From Candidatus Nomurabacteria bacterium (GTDB lineage: Bacteria > Patescibacteriota > Saccharimonadia > Saccharimonadales > VXPC01), in assembly GCA_020631905.1 (NCBI GenBank), contig JACKGQ010000002.1:789-64788 (forward strand): a stretch of DNA of 64,000 nucleotides, given 5' to 3'. The notes beneath the pieces were generated by a model. It was given only the letters and a program-made list of their open reading frames with translations. It made no database searches and was not told the origin of the DNA. This document shows positions 56,129-64,000 of this stretch, in pieces; the stretch's first letter is position 1; the number at the start of each line of letters is the position of its first letter. The translations under genes and the position numbers were made by a program.

Positions 56129-56944
56129 ATGCAACCTTACGAATTCGCAACTGCCTCCCAGATTGGGAGACGGCATCGAGAAGCCAGTCGCAATAATCAA
56201 GACGCTTTGCTCGTTCGCCTACCCCGCTCTGCCGTCGAACCGACGGTCGCGGTTGTTAGTGATGGCTGCGGTAGCACACCACATAGCGAACTTGGCGCGT
56301 TTCTGCTCGTCAGACTGTTTGCGGACTTGATAGCCCGAGATAATGGGTCGATTCACCGCTTAGAGCAGCGTTTGGCAGAGATTGCCACACAACTCAAGCT
56401 CCTGGCCAGGCAACTGTCCGGACAAGACGAGCTGGTGCTTGCAAGCATGCTTGCAACACTTGTTGCGGCTGTGATTGGACCGGATAATGCACACTTCATC
56501 GTCGTCGGCGATGGTGTGGTGACTATCAACGGCGAGACTCGTATGTTCACTGACGGTGACGGTACCCCACCTTATCTTGGGTATGCCGCACTTGAAGATC
56601 AGAACCTCTACCGCCCAATCGAAGCATTACCGATCAACACAATCACACTGCCGCGTGCCGACCTCACAGACTTCGTGATTGCCAGCGATGGACTTGGCGA
56701 TCTGATCGATCATCAAGATTCATTGCTCCCCGGCAGTTCGCAAGAAACCGTTGGCAAGCTGGATAAGCTGTGGACCAGCGACTCATTCTTTACCAACCCC
56801 GACGCATTACGCCGTTACTTGGCGAGAGTTAACCGAGACGTTAGTAAGTTCGACCGCGCAAGCGGCGAGCTAACACATTACCGGGGACTCCTCGACGACG
56901 ACACGACTGTAATCGTTGGCCGACGCCTCAAAATGGAGGGCTAA
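56129..56944 (+). CDS. PP2C-family Ser/Thr phosphatase
   Basis: PP2C motifs AVVSDGCGS, VVGDGVV, IASDGLGD, DDDTTVIVG. The ATG at 56129 is where GC content rises; the ORF-track start at 56033 lies in the AT-rich spacer. Confidence 0.8.
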   Translation: MQPYEFATASQIGRRHREASRNNQDALLVRLPRSAVEPTVAVVSDGCGSTPHSELGAFLLVRLFADLIARDNGSIHRLEQRLAEIATQLKLLARQLSGQDELVLASMLATLVAAVIGPDNAHFIVVGDGVVTINGETRMFTDGDGTPPYLGYAALEDQNLYRPIEALPINTITLPRADLTDFVIASDGLGDLIDHQDSLLPGSSQETVGKLDKLWTSDSFFTNPDALRRYLARVNRDVSKFDRASGELTHYRGLLDDDTTVIVGRRLKMEG

Positions 56945-58782
56945 TGACAACCGTATATATCAATGGTGCGGCCATTCGCCTGACCTCCTCGATGGCACTC
57001 GGGAAAGGTGGTGAAGCGGACGTTTACAAGTACAAAGGCCAAGCCCTGAAGTTGTACAAAGCACCGAATCACCCAGATTTTGTGCACACGCCATTTGAGC
57101 GTGACGCAGCTACTCGGCGGCTACAGCTTGCCCAGACTAAGCTTCCGGCTTTCCCGACAGGTCTGCCTTCGCAGATCATCGGGCCAGACGAACTGGTCAT
57201 GGACAAGAATGGCAAGATCGTCGGGTTCACAATGCCGTTGATCGATGGTACCGTACCGCTCAAACGCTACGGTGAGCGTAGCTGGCGTGATAGCCAAGCT
57301 TTCGACCACCAAGCGGTCTTGCAGATCTTCACCGATCTGCATAGTACATTGAGTGCGGTACATAACCATGGCATGGTAATTGGTGACTTTAACGATCTTA
57401 ACGTCTTGATCAAAGACGACCAAGCGTTCCTAATCGACGCCGATAGCATGCAGTATGGCCAGTACCCGTGTACGGTTTTCACGACACGCTTCGCCGACCC
57501 CCTGATTCTCACCGAGGATCAAGGACAGTTAACGATGGCGCGCTCGTTTTCGACCACAACGGATTGGTATGCCTACGCTGTCATGTTGATGCAATCACTG
57601 GTCTACGTCGACCCGTATGGGGGCGTTTTCCGGCCAGCGGACAAAAAACATCAGCTGGCTGCCAGCCTGCGACCGTTGCACAGGATAACCGTTTTCCACC
57701 CGGAAGTCCGCTATCCAAAGCCAGCCCTACCGCTAAACGTTTTGCCACTTGCCTTGAGTGAATATTTCCACGAAGTGTTCGTTAATGATCTCCGCGAGGA
57801 GTTCCCCACCGATCTTCTGGACTCCTCGCTCTGGACACAGCGAACGTTGGCTCTAAGTGCCATACGTACCCCGCAGACCGTAAGTGGTGATGTTGTCGTT
57901 ACCGTGTTGTTCGATGCATCCGACCACCGGATTTTGGCTGTCGGTTACTTCAAGCAAGGCATGGTCTGGCTGACGCATGATGGTTCGTGTTACCAGCGCG
58001 AATCGGATCGCTTTAGGCTCGACGGCCCACTTGATGGGAGTGTTCGCTTCCAGCTGGCTGGCAACACCACCTTGATGGCCAAGCATGGCCGGCTGATTAT
58101 CTTCAACCCAGATGGGACGAAGGAGATCAAGTCGGTTGACAGTGTTGGCCAGTTGCCGGTAATCGCCAGCAACAGCCAGCACGTCTTCTGGGTTAAGGAC
58201 GGCCTGCTAATGCGTCGTGGTCGCTTCGGCGACTCGGCAGTTGGCCAGGTCTTGCGCGATCAAACCGTAATTTGGGCAGGTGAGACATTCGGCTTCGGCT
58301 ACTACCGCGCCGGCGAACTCGAGCAGGCTTTCCTGTTCGACACCAACGGTCGTGGTATTAACGACAATTTCTCGCTCTCGCCTATTCCGGGAAATTTGAT
58401 TGACATGACGGCCACGTTTAGTGACTCGCTCGTGTGGTTCTTTGCTGCCTTCATGCACGGCGGCCAGGAATATCGCAAGATTAGCGTAATCGACCACCAC
58501 GGCAACGTGTTGGTTGATGAAACGCAAGACTACGCCGCCGACGGCTGGCACGCCAACATTCGCGGCTTTGCAGCTGCTGGCAGTCTGTTGTTTGCGGCAA
58601 CCGATGAAGGCCTGGTGCGTATCGAGATCGTGGCCGGAAAGCTCAAGGTAACTCAGCGTTACCCAGACACCGAACCCTACCTCGACCACACTAGTCGGCT
58701 CTTCACCCATGCGAAGGGGATCTTCGCCGTCACCCATGGTCAGATCATCGATCTGGCCCTCAAACCGAAAGGAACACCATGA
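56944..58782 (+). CDS. protein kinase-like domain with ~330-aa C-terminal non-kinase domain
   Basis: Gly-loop LGKGGEADVY, Lys ALKLYK, catalytic loop GDFNDLNVLI, DFG-equivalent LIDADS. The start overlaps the phosphatase stop (TAATG). Confidence 0.8.
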   Translation: MTTVYINGAAIRLTSSMALGKGGEADVYKYKGQALKLYKAPNHPDFVHTPFERDAATRRLQLAQTKLPAFPTGLPSQIIGPDELVMDKNGKIVGFTMPLIDGTVPLKRYGERSWRDSQAFDHQAVLQIFTDLHSTLSAVHNHGMVIGDFNDLNVLIKDDQAFLIDADSMQYGQYPCTVFTTRFADPLILTEDQGQLTMARSFSTTTDWYAYAVMLMQSLVYVDPYGGVFRPADKKHQLAASLRPLHRITVFHPEVRYPKPALPLNVLPLALSEYFHEVFVNDLREEFPTDLLDSSLWTQRTLALSAIRTPQTVSGDVVVTVLFDASDHRILAVGYFKQGMVWLTHDGSCYQRESDRFRLDGPLDGSVRFQLAGNTTLMAKHGRLIIFNPDGTKEIKSVDSVGQLPVIASNSQHVFWVKDGLLMRRGRFGDSAVGQVLRDQTVIWAGETFGFGYYRAGELEQAFLFDTNGRGINDNFSLSPIPGNLIDMTATFSDSLVWFFAAFMHGGQEYRKISVIDHHGNVLVDETQDYAADGWHANIRGFAAAGSLLFAATDEGLVRIEIVAGKLKVTQRYPDTEPYLDHTSRLFTHAKGIFAVTHGQIIDLALKPKGTP

Positions 58783-59825
58783 GTCTCGTACTCCCAAACT
58801 TCTACCAACCGACCAATGCTGAGGTCTGGGGCTATAACCCGGACATTCAGGCACTGGCAGGCGTTGCCGAGCAGTACCGACAGGACAACAAGATCCTGCC
58901 GGCCGCCGGTGATCGCCGTCGGATCGAGCTGCTGCTGATCGATTTGCAGGGTGACTTTACCTATCCGGAAGGCACTCTGTATGTCGGCGGTCGCTCTGGT
59001 CGTGGGGCGATCGAGGATATTCAGCGAGTTGCGGAGTTCATCTACCGTAACCTGGATGTCATCACCAACATCACTACCACCCTGGACACGCACTTCGCCT
59101 TCCAGATCTTCTTCCCCTGGTTCTGGCAGAACGCCGCCGGCAATTCACCGGCAGCGCACACCATCATCACCACGGAAGACATTCGGAAGGGTGTCTACAC
59201 GCCCAACCCGGCTGTCGCCGGCCTGTTGGTCGGCGGCAACTACCAGTGGCTGCTCAAGCAGGTCGCATTCTATGTGGCCGAGCTCGAGCGAGCGGGCAAG
59301 TACCAGCTTTACCTCTGGCCGCCGCACACTCTGCTGGGCAGCGTCGGTCACGTCCTGAACGGCGTGATCCACGAAGCGCGGATGTTCCATGCGCTGACTC
59401 GCTTCAGCCAGTCGGGTTCGGAGATCAAGGGCGGCAATGCGCTGACCGAGAACTACTCCGTGCTCCGACCGGAGGTGCTGATGCGCTGGGACGGCGAACC
59501 GCTGGACCAGAAGAACACCCGCTTCATCGAGTCGCTCCTCGAGAACGACTACGTCGTGATCGGCGGCGAGGCCGCCAGCCACTGCGTCAGCAGCTCGATC
59601 GACGATCTGCTCGGCGAGATCCTGGCCAAGGACCCGGCACTGGCCGCCAAGGTTTACATCTTGGCGGACTGCATGTCGGCAGTCGTCGTGCCCGATGGCA
59701 ACGGCGGCTTCCTGGCCGATTTCACGCCGCAGGCAGAGGCCGCTCTCGAGCGCTTCCGTCAGGCCGGCATGCACGTGGTCAAGTCGACCGATCCGATCAC
59801 TTCCTGGCCGGACTTCCGGCTCTGA
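58779..59825 (+). CDS. nicotinamidase/isochorismatase-superfamily cysteine hydrolase (enlarged, PncA-like)
   Basis: Catalytic Asp LLLIDLQGDF, Lys block IKGGNALTENYS (compare E. coli PncA HKGENPLVDSYS), Cys GGEAASHCV, metal-site-like LDTH and LWPPH. ATGA overlap with the kinase stop. The most GC-rich gene by eye. Confidence 0.72.
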   Translation: MSLVLPNFYQPTNAEVWGYNPDIQALAGVAEQYRQDNKILPAAGDRRRIELLLIDLQGDFTYPEGTLYVGGRSGRGAIEDIQRVAEFIYRNLDVITNITTTLDTHFAFQIFFPWFWQNAAGNSPAAHTIITTEDIRKGVYTPNPAVAGLLVGGNYQWLLKQVAFYVAELERAGKYQLYLWPPHTLLGSVGHVLNGVIHEARMFHALTRFSQSGSEIKGGNALTENYSVLRPEVLMRWDGEPLDQKNTRFIESLLENDYVVIGGEAASHCVSSSIDDLLGEILAKDPALAAKVYILADCMSAVVVPDGNGGFLADFTPQAEAALERFRQAGMHVVKSTDPITSWPDFRL

Positions 59826-59835
59826 CATACACCCC

Positions 59836-59869
59836 GGCTGGACAGGTTCATTCTTGTGCCTGTCCAGCC
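59836..59869 (+). promoter_or_regulatory. intercistronic 11-bp perfect hairpin
   Basis: GGCTGGACAGG-12 nt-CCTGTCCAGCC, between the hydrolase stop and the vWA start. No U-tract. Confidence 0.6.
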
Positions 59870-59891
59870 ACCGCTTTCGAAAGAAGGAACA

Positions 59892-60665
59892 ATGAGCGAT
59901 TCAATCACCGACCTCTTCGCCGACGCCGTCGATGAAGGGGCTCTCACCAAGGCATCCCTGCGGGTACTCGCCACCCCGGACATCAACACCAAGCTCCAAG
60001 CTGCCATGGGCGTTGATGTCGACAATGTCATGGCCAGCGAAGTCGTCTTGGTCAACATCCTGATGGACAACTCTGTCTCGATGGGGCCGATGAAGGCTAC
60101 GGCCATGGATGGTCAGAACGAGGTCGTCGACGCCCTCCTGGCGACCAAGGAGGTCGACGGTGTGCTGATGCTGAGCACATTGCTCAACGGTGGGGCAGTT
60201 GGTGGCTACCAGCCGCTGGACACATCGTCCAAGCTGGACGCCAAGACCTACCGCATCACCGGCAACACACCACTGTACGAACGAACAGTCGATGTCTTGG
60301 CTGCCATGGTCGCCAAGACGCAGGCTTTCGTCAACGGTGGTGTGCCCGTCCGAACGATCACCCTGATCGTGACTGATGGTGGCGACAACGCTTCCAGGCA
60401 TACCTCGGCCGATGTCAAGCAGGTGGTTACCGACCTCACCAGGCAGGAACACCACATCATTGCCGGCATGGGTATCGACGACGGATACACCGACTTCGTG
60501 GACGTGTTCACGGGCATGGGGATTCCCGATCAGTGGATCCTGACACCCGGCAATTCCAAGAGCGAGATTCGGGCAGCGTTCCGAGTCTTCTCGCAGTCGG
60601 CTGTGCGTGTCAGTCAGTCGGCCGCCAGCATGAGCCAGGTCGCCCTCGGCGGCTTCGGCACCTGA
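59892..60665 (+). CDS. von Willebrand factor A (vWA, TerY-like) domain protein
   Basis: MIDAS residues LMDNSVSM (D-x-S-x-S), GNTPLY (Thr), LIVTDGGDN (Asp). GAAGGAAC-a-ATG at 59892. Confidence 0.8.
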   Translation: MSDSITDLFADAVDEGALTKASLRVLATPDINTKLQAAMGVDVDNVMASEVVLVNILMDNSVSMGPMKATAMDGQNEVVDALLATKEVDGVLMLSTLLNGGAVGGYQPLDTSSKLDAKTYRITGNTPLYERTVDVLAAMVAKTQAFVNGGVPVRTITLIVTDGGDNASRHTSADVKQVVTDLTRQEHHIIAGMGIDDGYTDFVDVFTGMGIPDQWILTPGNSKSEIRAAFRVFSQSAVRVSQSAASMSQVALGGFGT

Positions 60666-60758
60666 AGGAGGTAGCGAGACCTTCGGGAAAACAGCAGGCT
60701 TGATCGCCTCAATGATCGAGCATTAACTGCAACAAACCTGCGGACTCGCCCGCAATCA

Positions 60759-60808
60759 GTGAGTTGGGGTCGGTTGAGTAGCCTCGTGCTACTCCCGACC
60801 CCGCTCAC
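60759..60808 (+). terminator. long GC-rich compound hairpin without U-tract closing the operon
   Basis: GTGAG-tt-GGGGTCGG-tt-GAGTAGC-ctcgt-GCTACTC-CCGACCCC-g-CTCAC. Confidence 0.5.
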
Positions 60809-60862
60809 AAGCAACTTATCACTATTCATCTAAAACTAGTCAAACTTAATAAAACAAGTATT

Positions 60863-62473
60863 ATGAAGTACATGTATACATATCTATTGGTTCCGGGCAG
60901 GCATCATTTATTAAGTAATTTTATGCACGATTACTTTTTACAGGCTAGTAATAATCGCAGTATCGAATTAATCGACGGTAGCCAAGCCGAGTTTGATGAA
61001 AGTATCTGCATGGTTTGGGCAATCACTTCAGCTAATCATCAAAACACTCGGCGCAATCCGTTGGCCGGATACCGTCGCGAAGCTGCTGTTGATGAATTTA
61101 TGGCAGATTTGCCATGTCAATATCTGACTTACCATATCAACGATATCGGCCAATCTAACCGGTTTGCCGACTATATAATCAAATCTATCGAGGTTGAGAG
61201 CCGAGGCTCAACATTACTAACTCCCGATAACACAATTGTGGCAACCTCAACCCCAAGTGTAATTGAGCTATTCGAAACCTTGGGCTACAAAATTGCACCG
61301 ATTGAGCTTTCTAGCCGACAGCCAGAGCAATACCGTGCTGCTCGCGCCTGGGACATATTGCTGGAGCTGGTGGCGGCCGGCAACAATTGGCGTGATTCCG
61401 AAAGTTATATCCAACAGATGCATCCAAGTAGTCAGAGATTGCTTGACAGATACAAGCTAGCCGAGCAAATTATCGAACTCCATAACGATCCATTGGTTGG
61501 CGATGAGGGCGACATAACAGAGACTCGTGATTACGAAAAGTACCGTCAATCTTTCGATACTGGCGCCGAACGTAAATACGCTATTCTTGGCCCCCATATT
61601 CGGCCAGGCAGAATTATCGATATCGGCTGCGCAACTGGATCTTTACTAAAGCAAATCGACAACGACGATCGTTTTCGTGAATCTGATTTATACGGTATCG
61701 AAGTTGCCAAACCGCTTTACGATCGGTGCTTGCAACGCCTTGCCAATGGCGAGTTTCGGAATGAAAACACTTTCTTTTACCAACGTAATATTATGCGAGG
61801 CAAACTATTCCCAGACAACAGCGTCAATACATCAATTAGTATCTCATTAACGCACGAGATTGATTCCTACCTTGGACGAGATAGTCTACACAAGTTTATT
61901 AGTCAGATTTTCCAACAAACGGCACCAGGTGGCGTATACATCAATCTAGATGTCACTTGCCCGGAAAACCCAGACGAAAAGGTGGTAATCTGGCTAAACC
62001 ACCTCGATGGCCAGGATGCTGACGATCAAGAATACGCGATCGATCGCCAGACAGATTATAGTGAGTACCTTGGCAAGCTATCGACACTTGGCTTGTTTAA
62101 GCGTTTCATCAAAGATTTTCGAAAAACTGAAGGCGATCAGATCAAAGATTACGAATTATTCGAAAAAGATGAGCAGTATTTTGCTAGACTGCGCCGCGCC
62201 GATGCTGTTGAATTTATGGTAACTAAAGACTACCAAGATAGCTGGTATAGCGAAATGCACGAGCGGTTCTGTTATTGGCCGCCGAGCGAATGGCAGAGGC
62301 AACTCGAAGCCGTTGGCTTTAGTGTTGACCCAGCTTCGGGAGCTTTCCAGAATGATTGGATCAATCAGAACAGATTCGAAGGTAAGCTTAAGTTGTTTAT
62401 TGAAATCGATGGCCAGCTCGTACCTCAGGACTGGCCAGATACCAGTGTATTGATGGTTGCACGCAAGCCGTAA
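60863..62473 (+). CDS. class I SAM-dependent methyltransferase with ~230-aa unassigned N-terminal domain
   Basis: Motif I RIIDIGCATGSLL at about residue 250, then post-I and motif II/III spacing (DLYGIEVA, GGVYINLDV). The N-terminal LVPGRHHLLSNFMH is only vaguely nucleotidyltransferase-like. Confidence 0.68.
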   Translation: MKYMYTYLLVPGRHHLLSNFMHDYFLQASNNRSIELIDGSQAEFDESICMVWAITSANHQNTRRNPLAGYRREAAVDEFMADLPCQYLTYHINDIGQSNRFADYIIKSIEVESRGSTLLTPDNTIVATSTPSVIELFETLGYKIAPIELSSRQPEQYRAARAWDILLELVAAGNNWRDSESYIQQMHPSSQRLLDRYKLAEQIIELHNDPLVGDEGDITETRDYEKYRQSFDTGAERKYAILGPHIRPGRIIDIGCATGSLLKQIDNDDRFRESDLYGIEVAKPLYDRCLQRLANGEFRNENTFFYQRNIMRGKLFPDNSVNTSISISLTHEIDSYLGRDSLHKFISQIFQQTAPGGVYINLDVTCPENPDEKVVIWLNHLDGQDADDQEYAIDRQTDYSEYLGKLSTLGLFKRFIKDFRKTEGDQIKDYELFEKDEQYFARLRRADAVEFMVTKDYQDSWYSEMHERFCYWPPSEWQRQLEAVGFSVDPASGAFQNDWINQNRFEGKLKLFIEIDGQLVPQDWPDTSVLMVARKP

Positions 62474-62476
62474 TGA

Positions 62477-63241
62477 CTACTGAACTTTGCGGTATAACCA
62501 GACGGCTAACGGCGCAAAAACAAAGATAATACCTGCTGTCCAAAGTAGCGTATGCCAGATGTATTGGCCACCATCGGCGACTCCGCCCTGCGTAAGGTGT
62601 CTAACAGCGTTTACGACCTGGGTGACTGGCTGATTTTGCGCAAAGTGCTGTAGCCAATTTGGCATGGTTTCGACAGGCACGAACACCGAACTTGCAAATA
62701 CAAGTGGAAATACCCATAAGAAGCCGGCTACTTGAACAGTCTCTGAATCACGCAGCCACATTCCAATTACGGCACTTATCCAGCTAAATGCATATGCAAA
62801 CAAAATGATAATCAAGCCAGCCAGCAAGAACTTTAGCAACCCCTGTTGATAGCGAAACCCAAGCAGAAAGCCAACCGAAGACATAAGGATAATCACGAAC
62901 AAGTTGCGAGCTGAGTCGGCAATTGTCCGGCCCGCCAGCACGGCGTAACGAGCTATGGGTAGGCTACGTAATCTATCTATTACACCTTTGTCCAGATCTT
63001 CAGCTAGTCCTACACCTGTCTGGATAGCACCGAATAAGGCGGTTTGAGCTAGAATCCCAGGTAATAAAAAGTTAATGTATTTTACATCTGAACCACCGCT
63101 AACTGCACCACCAAATACATAGTTGAACAGCAATAGAAAGATAACCGGCTGTATAGAACTAAACACTAGTAATTGCGGAATTCTAAAGTTACGTTTTACA
63201 TTTCGTTTAACAATCTGGAGGGTATCGGCTACACCTTTCAT
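62477..63241 (-). CDS. ABC-2 type exporter permease
   Basis: 254 aa, six TM segments, typical ABC-2 (DrrB/NatB-like) layout. 4-nt overlap with the upstream ATPase gene. Confidence 0.82.
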   Translation of the reverse strand: MKGVADTLQIVKRNVKRNFRIPQLLVFSSIQPVIFLLLFNYVFGGAVSGGSDVKYINFLLPGILAQTALFGAIQTGVGLAEDLDKGVIDRLRSLPIARYAVLAGRTIADSARNLFVIILMSSVGFLLGFRYQQGLLKFLLAGLIIILFAYAFSWISAVIGMWLRDSETVQVAGFLWVFPLVFASSVFVPVETMPNWLQHFAQNQPVTQVVNAVRHLTQGGVADGGQYIWHTLLWTAGIIFVFAPLAVWLYRKVQ

Positions 63242-64000
63242 TTTTCTTCTCCTGTACCTTTGCCTGTCACCGCCAAGAATACATCGTCGAGTGATGGTCG
63301 ATGCAAACTAAGTTCCTCGGCTTTGATTTTGTACTTCTTTAGTAGACCAGCGACCATGACTATATCGTCTGCGCCGTGTTTGCTTTTGAGCCGAAGTTCA
63401 CGAGTTAGAGTATCGGTATCGACATCTCGCTTCATCTCTGTGGTTAGTAATTCAGCAGCCTTCTTGAGATTTCGCTCGGCAACTTTTAGTTCGATTACAT
63501 CCTGGCCTAAGCTATTTTTTAGTTCGGTCGACGAACCCTGAACTATCATCTTGCCATGATCAATTACGTAAATGTAGTCACATAAAGCATCGGCTTCTTC
63601 AAGATATTGAGTTGTAAGTAAAATTGTCACGCCTTGGTCTACCAGGTGGCGAATAATATCCCATAGTTGCAAACGCGTACGCGGATCAAGTCCAGTGGTA
63701 GGCTCATCTAAAAAGAGTACTTTTGGAGTTGCCACCAAGCTTGCGCCCAGGTCTAAGCGACGACGCATGCCTCCAGAATATGTTTTAATCTGTCTGTCGC
63801 CAGCTGCGACCAAGTCTAGTTGCTCTAATAGTTCAGTCGATTTCTGGCGAGAAGTTTGTCGATCCATGCCATAAAGTCTAGCGACCATCTGTAGGGTTTC
63901 GCGCCCAGTTAGAAAGCCATCGACTGCTGCATACTGCCCGGCCAACCCAAGGCGTTTGCGGGCCTCGTTTGGGTTATGTAAAACATCTACACCATCGACC
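63238..64000 (-). CDS. ABC transporter ATP-binding protein (N-terminus beyond window edge)
   Basis: Q-loop LAGQYAAV, ABC signature YSGGMRRRL, Walker B VLFLDEPTTGLD and a TTQYLEEA block (histidine switch not evident). The reading frame stays open to position 64000, so Walker A lies outside the window. Confidence 0.9.
   Translation of the reverse strand, partial: VDGVDVLHNPNEARKRLGLAGQYAAVDGFLTGRETLQMVARLYGMDRQTSRQKSTELLEQLDLVAAGDRQIKTYSGGMRRRLDLGASLVATPKVLFLDEPTTGLDPRTRLQLWDIIRHLVDQGVTILLTTQYLEEADALCDYIYVIDHGKMIVQGSSTELKNSLGQDVIELKVAERNLKKAAELLTTEMKRDVDTDTLTRELRLKSKHGADDIVMVAGLLKKYKIKAEELSLHRPSLDDVFLAVTGKGTGEEK

Noticed and set aside
57069-60829. Numerous overlapping ORFs (for example 58207..58854, 59145..59828, 59246..59935, 59901..60455, 60614..60829)
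   Set aside because: They are all nested in or antisense to the four motif-bearing genes of the GC-rich operon. Their Arg/Gly/Pro/Ala-rich translations are typical of out-of-frame reading of high-GC DNA.

Overview
The window reads like a small-genome bacterium with a Gram-positive-type envelope (FemAB-type transferases, a Mur ligase, SPase I, type IV pilin-like anchors). It is plausibly a Patescibacteria/CPR, Saccharibacteria-like lineage, but that is inference from gene content only. TGA, TAA and TAG all act as stops.

The housekeeping backbone is mostly on the minus strand: an N-domain-less clpB behind a CIRCE operator, sodN-sodX (Ni superoxide dismutase plus its maturation protease) beside a ZIP transporter, trmD, a KH protein, rpsP, rnc, a Nudix hydrolase, nusB, rpmF (TTG start, absent from the ORF track), an extended lepB, leuS, rpoD, two FemAB paralogs, a DegT-like enzyme, an alpha/beta hydrolase, a Mur ligase, MYG1, ligA, htpX-lemA, tRNA-Ala(GGC), tRNA-Gly(GCC), an Asp/Glu racemase, a CPA antiporter and an ABC-2 exporter.

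Interspersed are visibly GC-rich islets where long shadow ORFs pile up on both strands. They end in GC-rich hairpins without U-tracts, whereas backbone genes end in A/T-flanked terminators.

- **Strongest candidate for a new system:** a GC-rich, translationally coupled operon at 56129-60665 encoding a PP2C phosphatase, a protein kinase, a nicotinamidase-like cysteine hydrolase and a vWA protein. This is a TerY-P-like triad carrying an extra enzyme.
- **Other points worth a second look:**
  - a Nudix domain inserted inside LeuRS
  - a 33-bp, all-A/T, 3 x 11-bp palindromic repeat present three times, each upstream of a gene, one directly in front of a missed AbrB-like gene
  - two GC-rich gene cassettes bracketed by inverted repeats
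  - compensated non-canonical 19:56 elbow pairs in both tRNAs
  - a tRNA-Gly 5' duplication
  - a consensus promoter driving a leaderless mini-ORF with attenuator-like folds
  - a CYTH / NadR-like ATPase / wHTH-Nudix / HD / PRAI-like nucleotide cluster
  - a surface-protein cluster with pilin-like anchors

No CRISPR array, transposase, integrase or rRNA was recognised. No GC values, HMM scores or database hits were computed. All family calls rest on motifs read by eye.
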